From an uncultured Clostridia bacterium (GTDB lineage: Bacteria > Bacillota > Clostridia > TANB77 > CAG-508): a stretch of 55,093 bases of DNA. Of the stretch, positions 1-8,203 are shown piece after piece. Location: assembly GCA_947625665.1 (NCBI GenBank), contig CANQPF010000002.1, positions 1-55,093 on the forward strand, written 5' to 3'. Position 1 is the first letter of the stretch. Each line of letters begins with the position of its first letter. The notes under the pieces are model-generated. The model ran no database searches. It was not told where the DNA came from and saw nothing but the letters and a program-made list of their open reading frames with translations. The translations under genes were made by a program, and so were the position numbers.

Positions 1-1840
1 TCATCTTTCTTTATTGTGAACCATGCTCCTGCTAAGTCGCCATATTGTTCTAATCCTTTACCATTATCATCAGCTGCGTATTTCCTTATTGTTATCATTT
101 TAAATTCGTCTATTCCTTCAGAAGATATTTTTTGATTATGGAAATGTAATTCTGGAAGATTAGTTCCATCTGCTCCTTTTATGTTTCCATCATTTCCTAC
201 TATAAATTCTTGTGGATTAGTTTTATCCTTTTCGTATCCATCTGGTGCAATTTCCTCTGTTACTGTGTATGTTCCTGGTTCTAATCCTGTTAATGTTATT
301 CCGCGTCCTTTATTTTCTATTCCACCGCTAGCATCTCCTGTTGAGAATTTTGCTAAATTTACATTGTCTACATAACCATTAAATTTATATGTACCTTCTG
401 TTCCTGTTCCCGTACCATCAGCATATAAATATTGGTTTGTATCTTTTTTCTTTACTGAGAACCAAGCTCCTGCTAACTCTCCAGATTCTTGTATAACATT
501 ATTATTTGAATCTGATGCAAATTTTCTTATAGTTATTGTGTTAGTAGGCTCTCCATTTGGCTGTTCAGATGAACCAGATTTTTGATTATGGAAATGCAAT
601 TCTGGTAGTGCCTTTCCTGTATTATCTACTGTTTCACCTTTGTCATTTACTCTAAAGTACTGTGGATTAGTGTTGTCTAAGTTATATCCATTTGGTGCTT
701 TAATTTCTGTTACTGTATAGTCTCCTGCTGGCAAACCTTTTACAGTTATTCCACGTCCTTTATTTTCTACTCCGTTTGCTTCTTCTCCTGTTGTAAACTC
801 TGCATTGTTTTTATTTGCTACGAATCCTTTATATTGATATACTCCCTCTGTACCTGTTCCTACATCCATAGAGCTTACATATTCATTTTGTCCTCTTTGA
901 ATGATGAAACGTGCTCCTGCTAGTTCACCAGATTCTTGTATAACATTATTATTTGAATCTGCTGCAAATTTTCTTATTGTTATTGTTTGTTTTTCTGTTA
1001 TTTTCTTATTATGGAAATGTAATTCTGGTAATGCATTTCCATCTTCATTTACTACATTTCCTCCATTATCTATTACAAATTTTTGTGGGTTTGTAGTGCC
1101 TAATTCATATCCAGTTGGTGCTGTTACTTCTGTTACTGTATATGTTCCTGGTTCTAATCCTGTTATGCTTATTCCATGTCCCTTATTTTCTACTCCGTCT
1201 TTAGCATCTCCTGTTGTGAATTTTGCTAAATTCATATCATTTACAAAGCCTTTGAATTGATATACTCCTTCTTTATCTGTTCCTACTCCATTAGCACTAA
1301 CATATTCATTTTGTCCTCTTTGAACTACGAACTCTGCTCCTGCTAATTCTCCAGATTCTTGTATAACTTGATCATTTAACTCTGCTGCAAATTTTCTTAT
1401 TGTTATTGCTTTTGTATTTGTTACTTTTTCATTATGGAAATGTAATTCTGGTAAGGCTTTTCCTGTATTATCTACTGTTTCACCTTTATTATTTACCCTA
1501 AAGTCTTGTGGATTACTATTGTCTAGTTTATATCCAGTTGGTGCCTTGACTTCTATTACTTTATAGTTTCCTTCTGGTAATCCTATTACAGTTATTCCTC
1601 TTCCTTTATTTTCTATTCCGTTTGTTTCTTCTCCTGTTGTAAACTCTGCATTATTTTTATTGCTTACAAATCCATTAAATTGATATACTCCTTCTTTGTC
1701 TGTTCCTACATCCATTGAGCTTACATATTCTTTATCTCCTCTTTGAATGATGAAACGTGCTCCTGCTAATTCTCCAGATTCTTGTATAACATTATCGCTT
1801 GAATCTGTTGCAAATTTCTTTATTGTTATTTTTCCTGCTT
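1..1840 (-). repeat. In-frame tandem coding repeats, one stalk domain per unit, with periods of 450, 423 and 423 bp
   Basis: The anchor string attatggaaatg recurs at 135, 585, 1008 and 1431. Long near-identical stretches recur as well, for example ctcctgctaa(c/t)tc(t/a)ccagattcttgtataacattattatttgaatct at about 470 and about 915. Confidence 0.85.
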
Positions 1841-2882
1841 CTTTATATTCATGGTTTATTGATAATATTTTTTCGCTTTGTTTAACTTTCCAATCTTCAC
1901 CTTTTTTGAATACTATTTGATCTTGATGTTTTACTGCTCTTTGTGTTGGATCTAAAACATTTGCAAATAAGTATGCTTCTGCTCCCTTTTCAGGAAGTTC
2001 TATTCCACCTTCAGTTTGTAATTTAACTTCTTTAATTCCGCTAGTTACTAAACCTTTATTATTTGGATCATTTTTATCAATTAATATAAAGAATTGTGCT
2101 CCGTTTTTTATGTTGTCATCTCCAAGCCCATGTACAGCATATACAAATTGTTTACCATCATACTTATATATTCTATAAGCAAATTTTTGTCCATTATTTG
2201 CATAAACTTCAAAGCTTTTTACGTTTCCAGTATATGTTGTTGTTAAAGGTCCTATCTTTATATAGCTTCCATTCTCTATAGAGAATGCTTCTTGAACTAT
2301 TGCTGAACCTCCAACAGCTTCTAGAGTTGGCTCTTTGTAATTTATTATATTTGCTACATTCTGCTTAATTTGAGCTACTTGTTCTGAAATTTCACTATCT
2401 TTTATGTCTTCATTGTCTGCTTGTATATTTGTTAATTGATGTTTTTTTAATAATTCTGTTGCATATTTCCAAACTGCTTTCTGCATAGGTGCTGCTTGTT
2501 GTTCAGAAATATATATTTCATTTGCACTTTCACCTGCTCTTGCTTCTACTCCTGAAACCTGTTGAGCTTGCTGCGCTATCCAAGCTAGGGCGACTGATGC
2601 TTCATCATAATCATATTTTTGTCCATCTATTGTGTAACCGTCTTTTTTAAATTCAATTTTATTTGTTAATTTTAATGGATCACCATTTCGGAAGGCATGA
2701 GCTTTATTTAGACAATATGTTGTAAATCCGTTTTCATATCCTTGTAAATGAATTCCTGAGTTACTGTCTACTACAATGCTACTCATTGTCGAATCTGCAA
2801 ACGAATTAATTAGTAAGCTTGATAGAACTAAAGTCATCACAGCTATTATTAATTTTATTGTTTCTTTTACTTTGTTTTTCAT
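1..2882 (-). CDS. B-type surface adhesin of module 3, 3'-truncated by the window edge. It has a signal peptide, a putative thioester-like head, and at least 5 tandem SpaA/Cna-B-type stalk domains.
   Basis: The gene is absent from the ORF track because no stop lies in the window. My minus-strand translation from ATG 2882..2880 (SD GGAAAGGGGGTAGGAG just upstream) stays open to position 3. It reads MKNKVKETIKLIIAVMTLVLSSLLINSFA..GFTTYCLNKAH..APMQKAVWKY..SYIKIGPL.. This is followed by repeated units ITIRKFAADSNNNVIQESGELAGARF..GLPAGDYTVTEIKAPNGY..LPELHFHN. Confidence 0.85.
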   Translation of the reverse strand, partial: MKNKVKETIKLIIAVMTLVLSSLLINSFADSTMSSIVVDSNSGIHLQGYENGFTTYCLNKAHAFRNGDPLKLTNKIEFKKDGYTIDGQKYDYDEASVALAWIAQQAQQVSGVEARAGESANEIYISEQQAAPMQKAVWKYATELLKKHQLTNIQADNEDIKDSEISEQVAQIKQNVANIINYKEPTLEAVGGSAIVQEAFSIENGSYIKIGPLTTTYTGNVKSFEVYANNGQKFAYRIYKYDGKQFVYAVHGLGDDNIKNGAQFFILIDKNDPNNKGLVTSGIKEVKLQTEGGIELPEKGAEAYLFANVLDPTQRAVKHQDQIVFKKGEDWKVKQSEKILSINHEYKEAGKITIKKFATDSSDNVIQESGELAGARFIIQRGDKEYVSSMDVGTDKEGVYQFNGFVSNKNNAEFTTGEETNGIENKGRGITVIGLPEGNYKVIEVKAPTGYKLDNSNPQDFRVNNKGETVDNTGKALPELHFHNEKVTNTKAITIRKFAAELNDQVIQESGELAGAEFVVQRGQNEYVSANGVGTDKEGVYQFKGFVNDMNLAKFTTGDAKDGVENKGHGISITGLEPGTYTVTEVTAPTGYELGTTNPQKFVIDNGGNVVNEDGNALPELHFHNKKITEKQTITIRKFAADSNNNVIQESGELAGARFIIQRGQNEYVSSMDVGTGTEGVYQYKGFVANKNNAEFTTGEEANGVENKGRGITVKGLPAGDYTVTEIKAPNGYNLDNTNPQYFRVNDKGETVDNTGKALPELHFHNQKSGSSEQPNGEPTNTITIRKFASDSNNNVIQESGELAGAWFSVKKKDTNQYLYADGTGTGTEGTYKFNGYVDNVNLAKFSTGDASGGIENKGRGITLTGLEPGTYTVTEEIAPDGYEKDKTNPQEFIVGNDGNIKGADGTNLPELHFHNQKISSEGIDEFKMITIRKYAADDNGKGLEQYGDLAGAWFTIKKD

Positions 2883-2900
2883 CAACTCCTACCCCCTTTC

Positions 2901-5900
2901 CTATAATCCTTTAAAGATATCTTCATTTACTTCTACTGTTTCTTTTTTTATGAAGAATACCCCTATTCCTATCATTGACACTATTATAAGTATTAATGTT
3001 GTATAAACAGTTGCTGCACCTGTCTTAACACTTATTATTGTATCTGCTGTTCCATAATCGTCTTCTGATTGTTCACCATTTCCTGGTGCTGAGTCTATAT
3101 CTATTGTTCCGTTTTTACTATATGACTCTGTAATTTCTGCATTGTTTGTTATTATTCCTGTATTACTATCTGTCATTGTCTTTGTTAATATTAATTTTAA
3201 TGTTTTTGTTTCACCTGGTTGTATCTCTTGGTTATCTAAGATGTTTGTTCTTACAACAGATCCTGATTGATACCAATCTTTATTCATTTCTGAAGCAAAT
3301 GTTAAGTCTGTTGGCATTTCATCTTCTATTGTCTTAGCATAACCTGCTGATTCTCCAGTATTTGATACTTCAATGTTGTATTCTATAACAACTGTTGAAC
3401 CATTCATTTTCTTTGAATCTAATTCAACTTTAGCTAAACTTTCTTTACCAAAGTTATATGTCTTAACTCCATCTTGATTATTTACTGTTACTTTAGATAC
3501 ATATTTATCTAACTCTAAGTCAAATTTTGGTGTTTCCTCTAATCCTAAGTTTACATTTGTTACTTGACTATTTTCATTTACTGATATGATATCTGTTACA
3601 GCATAATTTTTATCTTTATCTTCTCCTTCAACATCTAATTTTCTTGATATTGCTTTTGAAGAATCATTCTTATCTGCTCCTTCTTTCTCATAATCAGATA
3701 TCTTGTATTGTTTTGCATCATAATCAAATACTACAACATAGTCTCCTGTATCTATACCTTCAAACTTATACTCACCTGTATCATCTGTATAAGATTCTAA
3801 TTCTTTTCCATTTTCATCTTTTACAAATTCATTAGTTTCTACATCTAATAATCTTACTCTTGTATTAGGTATTGTATTTTCAAAATCATCTTTAGAAGCA
3901 TTTGCATTTATATCTCTCCATGCTAATCCTGCTATTGCTATCTTAGCTGTACCATCTGTTACAGTTGCATTCATTTTATTTTTAATTTCTTTTGCTGTTT
4001 TAATTACTTTTCCATATTCTTCTAATGAAGCTTCTGCTTTTACTTCTATATCTTGTGTTAAGTTTTCTTGTTGATTAACTTTTGCTTCTATAACTATTGT
4101 TTTTGTCTCACCTTTATCTAAAGTTATTGATGTATCAATATTATTTCCATTAGGTTTAATTGTTTCATTTTTAGAATTTGCTACTCCTATATTTGTTATT
4201 GTAAATTGATTTGGTATCGTTGCTTTTACTCTTAAACCTTGTGAAGCAAAATCATTATTATTTTTTACTTCTATATTATATAAAACAATATCTTCTGGAT
4301 TTACATATCTATTTTCTGTTTCTGAAGCCATTTTAAATTCATATTCTTTAGTTTCTTTTAATTTTACTGTTGTAATTGTTGCATGATATGTTGCTCCTCC
4401 ACATTTCACTGATCCTGCCATAACTACTTCTTTATTTGAATTAGCTTTTACCTTAAATGTTCCAGTTACTACTTTTGTTTCTCCTGGTTTTAATGATGTT
4501 ATAGTTAATGTAGATTTATTTTCTGTTTCAAAATCTCCATATAAAGCATTATTTAAAAGTTCTAACTCTTGTGGTGTATTCCAATTTACTTCTAGATTTT
4601 TTAATTCGTTGTTTGACATATTTTTTACTATCATATTAGCTTTAAATGTTGAATCTTTTCTATATTCTATTGATTCGTCATCATCATGTGCTATAAAAAC
4701 TGTCATTTCTTGAGTTTGACCAACTATTGCTTTTAATTCATTTGAAACTACTTCATATTCATTAAATAAAACTTTTGCAACTGCTGTTATTTCAGTTCCT
4801 TCTTGTGCTTGTTCATCTGGCGTTGCATATACATTTACTGTTTTTGTTTCTTTAGCTTTTAATGTTCCAACATCTATTGATATTGTTTTGTCATCTATTA
4901 CAGTATAATTTGCATTTTCTTTATTTACTAATTTTGCTCCTGTTGGTGCATCAACTGTAACTTTGACATTTTCTACATCTTCTTCACCTTCATTGTTAAC
5001 TTCAACATTATATTTTATTATTTCGTTCTTTTTAACTTGTGTTCCGTTTTGAATTTCTTGATCTCCAATTTCTCCTGTTAATGTTGCGCTAACCTTAGGT
5101 GCACTAGGTGTTTTTAATTCTATTGTTGTTGCCTTTACTTCATGCTCTCCAGCTATTTGATTATCACTATATTTTACCGTATATCCTTGTCTCATTTGAT
5201 TATCATAATCTAAGTTTTCTGGTATTGCTAATTTATAAGATGTCTTTACACCTTCTCCTATTGCCATATTTGATATTTGTACTAAATATTTCTTTACTGC
5301 TCCTGCATTTCCTACTGTTGGTTGCCATCTATTGTTTGCATCTTCTATATCATCTGTTGCTTGAGCATTTTCAGTATAATATATTCTTACTTTATTCATA
5401 TCAATGTTTTCTACTGCTAACTCTGATGCTAAGCTAGAAGCTATTGTATTTTCATATTTTTCTTTTCCGTCTTCTATTGTTCCTTTTGTTCCAACTGTTC
5501 CCATTATTTTTACATTACTTATTTCTGTTGGATTATTATTTACTATCTCTGATTCTATTGTAAGAAGTTGTTGGTTTGTTTTTTCTTTTATACTTTTAGT
5601 TACTCCCTTTTCCTCACCATAAGTTGCTATTTCTAATTCTGGTATATTATTTGTTGTTACCATTGCTTTTGGAGAAACTATTTGAACTTTTACTTCTGTT
5701 GTTCCTTGTGGTTCATTCTTATTATATCTTGTTGCATTTTCATTTGTGTATGTCATTGTTATTACTGAATCTTTTGTTATAGCTTTTTTCTTTAATTTTA
5801 AATCAGTATTAATATTTACTACTGTTCCTTTTACTCCAGAACCTTTATGCTCTGTTTGCTCTCCTTCTAGGTCAACATATATTACCATTTTTCCGTTTTC

Positions 5901-7727
5901 TTGTGCTACTCTTTGTGATTTTACTTTAAACTCGTCTCCATATACTGTACTAACTTCTTTTATTTCAGCACTTTCAACATCTTCTGGAAATTCTATACGT
6001 ATTGAAGGATTTTTATAAACATCATATCTTGCTTGATTAGAAACCAATGTTGCTTTTAATGTAACATTTTCTTTATCTTGTGCTGTTGATAATGAAGTTT
6101 TGTCTAATTCTAATGTAACTTCTGTCTTTGGATCAAGTAGATTTAAATCAGCTGAACTTTCTGAATCACTTAGATCTGTCTTTAGTTTTGGCGTTACATT
6201 CATAGATAAAATATGTTTTACATATTCTTTACTTAAATTTGATGCACCATTAAGCTCTTTAACATTAGAAATAGTTAATTTACCTTCTGTCTGAGGAGGT
6301 GTTGTTTCAAATTTTAAGTTTTTTACACCTTTGTCATATTCTACTCTTATTTGGCCTCTATTATCTGCTTCTGTATCTTTAGTTATTTCCTTTATAACTT
6401 CATCGTTTTCGTTTTTAATTGTTATTTTTCCTTGTTCACCTAATAATTTTACTAATTCGTCTTTATTTATATTTGTACTTTTATAAGTGATTATTTCTGG
6501 ATTAAATACCCCAGCACCTTCTGTAAAAAATGAATATGCTCCTGGCTCTAATACCATATTTCCAATATCATCTTTATAAGATACAGTTATTTCATTTTTT
6601 TCTGTAAAACTTACAGTTTTATCTTCATTTGTTAATAAATAACCTTTATATATGCCTCCACTTAATTTAGTATCTACTGAAACAATTTGTCCGTTTTGTT
6701 TTAATTCTACTGTTGCTTTATCCTCTTTTACAACATTTTCTTTTGATGTATATAATGTAGAAATTGTTCTAGTGTTTAACGTAGCTGTTTGATTCTCTTC
6801 TATTGAACAATCATTATATTTATAAACTAATGTATATTCTTTGACATTATCTTTTTCTTTCCATGATATTTTGTTATCATCATTATTATAAGTTACAACA
6901 ACTGTTCCTTTACTTTTATCATATTTTACATTTGAATCATCAGTACGTTCACCATCAATAAGAACTTTTACTTCTTCTGGATATGTTTCTTTTATTTTTG
7001 GAGCTTCTACTTGAACTACTTCAGTTTTTCTAGGTACTAAGTTATTTCTTATTTCTGTTTTTATTTTTTGTTGTAATATTGTTCCTGTTACGTTACCTTT
7101 TTTTTCAATATAGAAATATTTCTCTATTTCTTGCGAAATATCTCCATCCGGTGTAGAAATCCATATAGGTTTTACTTTAACACTTCCTTCAAGTTCCTTT
7201 TCTTTTTGTCTAGTGTTTTTATAGCTACCTGTTAATTTGATTTCGACTTCTTTACTAAAATAGTCACTACTAAAATCTTCTGCTTTTTTGAACTTAATTG
7301 GAATTTCAATTAATGCTGTATTATTAGAAGATATATTTGCAAGTTCTATTTCATTTGTATCTGCATTGATATTTTTAACATATCTATTTTCTTTAAAACT
7401 GTCTTTGTCAATAACAAAATTTGGATCTTCTATCTTTATTGTTGCTTTTGGTACAGAAAATTTATCTTTTACTTGAACCTTCAAATACAAAATTTCTCTG
7501 TCTAATATATTAACTTCTTTTGAGTGCTGTATTCCATTATCGCCAAAATATGCATCAAATTCTATATTCTCTCCTTTCTGTATAGTCATTTGGTTCTCTA
7601 GCTCATCACTAACAGCCATTACTATATTTGTTCCTGCTACTGCACAATGTGCAAATAATATGCAAAAAACAATTAGCATGGCTATAAGTTTGTTCGCTAA
7701 AGATTTTCTTTGCTTGATTTTTTCCAT
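2901..7727 (-). CDS. A-type giant surface protein of module 3 (1608 aa). It has a signal peptide, multiple DUF11-like Ig repeats, an SdrD-B/Cna-B-like domain, and a C-terminal SVKTG + TM + charged-tail sorting signal.
   Basis: The N-terminus MEKIKQRKSLANKLIAMLIVFCILFAHCAVAG looks like a signal peptide. A DUF11-like motif is GEIIKYNVEVNNEGEEDVENVKVTVDAPTGAKLV. An SdrD-B-like stretch is RVRLLDVETNEFVKDENGKELESYTDDTGEYKFEGIDTGDYVVVFDYD. The C-terminus reads DIDSAPGNGEQSEDDYGTADTIISVKTGAATVYTTLILIIVSMIGIGVFFIKKE. Confidence 0.88.
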   Translation of the reverse strand: MEKIKQRKSLANKLIAMLIVFCILFAHCAVAGTNIVMAVSDELENQMTIQKGENIEFDAYFGDNGIQHSKEVNILDREILYLKVQVKDKFSVPKATIKIEDPNFVIDKDSFKENRYVKNINADTNEIELANISSNNTALIEIPIKFKKAEDFSSDYFSKEVEIKLTGSYKNTRQKEKELEGSVKVKPIWISTPDGDISQEIEKYFYIEKKGNVTGTILQQKIKTEIRNNLVPRKTEVVQVEAPKIKETYPEEVKVLIDGERTDDSNVKYDKSKGTVVVTYNNDDNKISWKEKDNVKEYTLVYKYNDCSIEENQTATLNTRTISTLYTSKENVVKEDKATVELKQNGQIVSVDTKLSGGIYKGYLLTNEDKTVSFTEKNEITVSYKDDIGNMVLEPGAYSFFTEGAGVFNPEIITYKSTNINKDELVKLLGEQGKITIKNENDEVIKEITKDTEADNRGQIRVEYDKGVKNLKFETTPPQTEGKLTISNVKELNGASNLSKEYVKHILSMNVTPKLKTDLSDSESSADLNLLDPKTEVTLELDKTSLSTAQDKENVTLKATLVSNQARYDVYKNPSIRIEFPEDVESAEIKEVSTVYGDEFKVKSQRVAQENGKMVIYVDLEGEQTEHKGSGVKGTVVNINTDLKLKKKAITKDSVITMTYTNENATRYNKNEPQGTTEVKVQIVSPKAMVTTNNIPELEIATYGEEKGVTKSIKEKTNQQLLTIESEIVNNNPTEISNVKIMGTVGTKGTIEDGKEKYENTIASSLASELAVENIDMNKVRIYYTENAQATDDIEDANNRWQPTVGNAGAVKKYLVQISNMAIGEGVKTSYKLAIPENLDYDNQMRQGYTVKYSDNQIAGEHEVKATTIELKTPSAPKVSATLTGEIGDQEIQNGTQVKKNEIIKYNVEVNNEGEEDVENVKVTVDAPTGAKLVNKENANYTVIDDKTISIDVGTLKAKETKTVNVYATPDEQAQEGTEITAVAKVLFNEYEVVSNELKAIVGQTQEMTVFIAHDDDESIEYRKDSTFKANMIVKNMSNNELKNLEVNWNTPQELELLNNALYGDFETENKSTLTITSLKPGETKVVTGTFKVKANSNKEVVMAGSVKCGGATYHATITTVKLKETKEYEFKMASETENRYVNPEDIVLYNIEVKNNNDFASQGLRVKATIPNQFTITNIGVANSKNETIKPNGNNIDTSITLDKGETKTIVIEAKVNQQENLTQDIEVKAEASLEEYGKVIKTAKEIKNKMNATVTDGTAKIAIAGLAWRDINANASKDDFENTIPNTRVRLLDVETNEFVKDENGKELESYTDDTGEYKFEGIDTGDYVVVFDYDAKQYKISDYEKEGADKNDSSKAISRKLDVEGEDKDKNYAVTDIISVNENSQVTNVNLGLEETPKFDLELDKYVSKVTVNNQDGVKTYNFGKESLAKVELDSKKMNGSTVVIEYNIEVSNTGESAGYAKTIEDEMPTDLTFASEMNKDWYQSGSVVRTNILDNQEIQPGETKTLKLILTKTMTDSNTGIITNNAEITESYSKNGTIDIDSAPGNGEQSEDDYGTADTIISVKTGAATVYTTLILIIVSMIGIGVFFIKKETVEVNEDIFKGL

Positions 7728-7769
7728 AGTAATCCCTCACATTCTTCTTACAAAATTTCACTTATTCAT

Positions 7770-7798
7770 ATATTAGACTTTTTTTTTATCAATATCAA
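7770..7798 (-). promoter_or_regulatory. Predicted sigma-A promoter of module 3: TTGATA, 17-nt spacer, TAATAT
   Basis: On the minus strand the sequence reads TTGATA-TTGATAAAAAAAAAGTC-TAATAT, about 40 nt upstream of ATG 7727. The same hexamers and spacing recur upstream of module 2. Confidence 0.45.
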
Positions 7799-7954
7799 TA
7801 CTCTCATTTCGACCATTTCTGCGATGTAACAATTTTGTTTCTAGGGAAGGTCGTTTTAGCTTTTTTGATTTACTTTTGTTAAAAATTATTTACATTATTA
7901 TTACACTTTCTACTTTTTTAGACGTTTTTCGCTGAAAGATCGAATTTCCGTAGG

Positions 7955-7988
7955 TTTTTCCACTGTAATATTCATTTTTGTGGAAAAA
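7955..7988. promoter_or_regulatory. Conserved palindrome TTTTTCCAC-N16-GTGGAAAAA about 160 bp upstream of the predicted promoter; a candidate regulator-binding site
   Basis: It is a perfect 9-bp inverted repeat. An equivalent element sits at the same distance from the promoter at 23473..23505. Confidence 0.4.
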
Positions 7989-8132
7989 TATTTTTTTCAA
8001 AAATTTCTTGACAAGTAAAATTTTTTGTAATTTTTTTATATGTTATGTTCCCCATTTTTTCGCGTTTTTTTACTCTTTTACACATTAGATTTTCTTAAAA
8101 TTATTGCTTAATAGAAACTCTAAAGTGTAATT

Positions 8133-8174
8133 AAAAAGGGCAACCATTTTTATTATTATGGTTAAACCCTTTTT
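8133..8174 (-). terminator. Rho-independent terminator after the module 2 B-type gene
   Basis: On the minus strand the hairpin is GGGTTTAACCAT-loop-ATGGTTGCCC followed by TTTTTAATT, about 30 nt after the stop at 8204. Confidence 0.5.
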
Positions 8175-8203
8175 ATTTATTTATAAGAAGATGTTTGCTA
8201 TAT

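Noticed and set aside
7728-8130. A c-di-GMP riboswitch in the conserved leaders, by analogy with C. difficile sortase-B substrates that are riboswitch-controlled
   Set aside because: The conserved blocks are extremely AT-rich, and I could not find the GC-rich conserved cores of GEMM-I or GEMM-II. A good sigma-A promoter only about 40 nt from the ATG suggests that most of the conserved region is untranscribed upstream DNA. Only a covariance-model scan could exclude a riboswitch fully.
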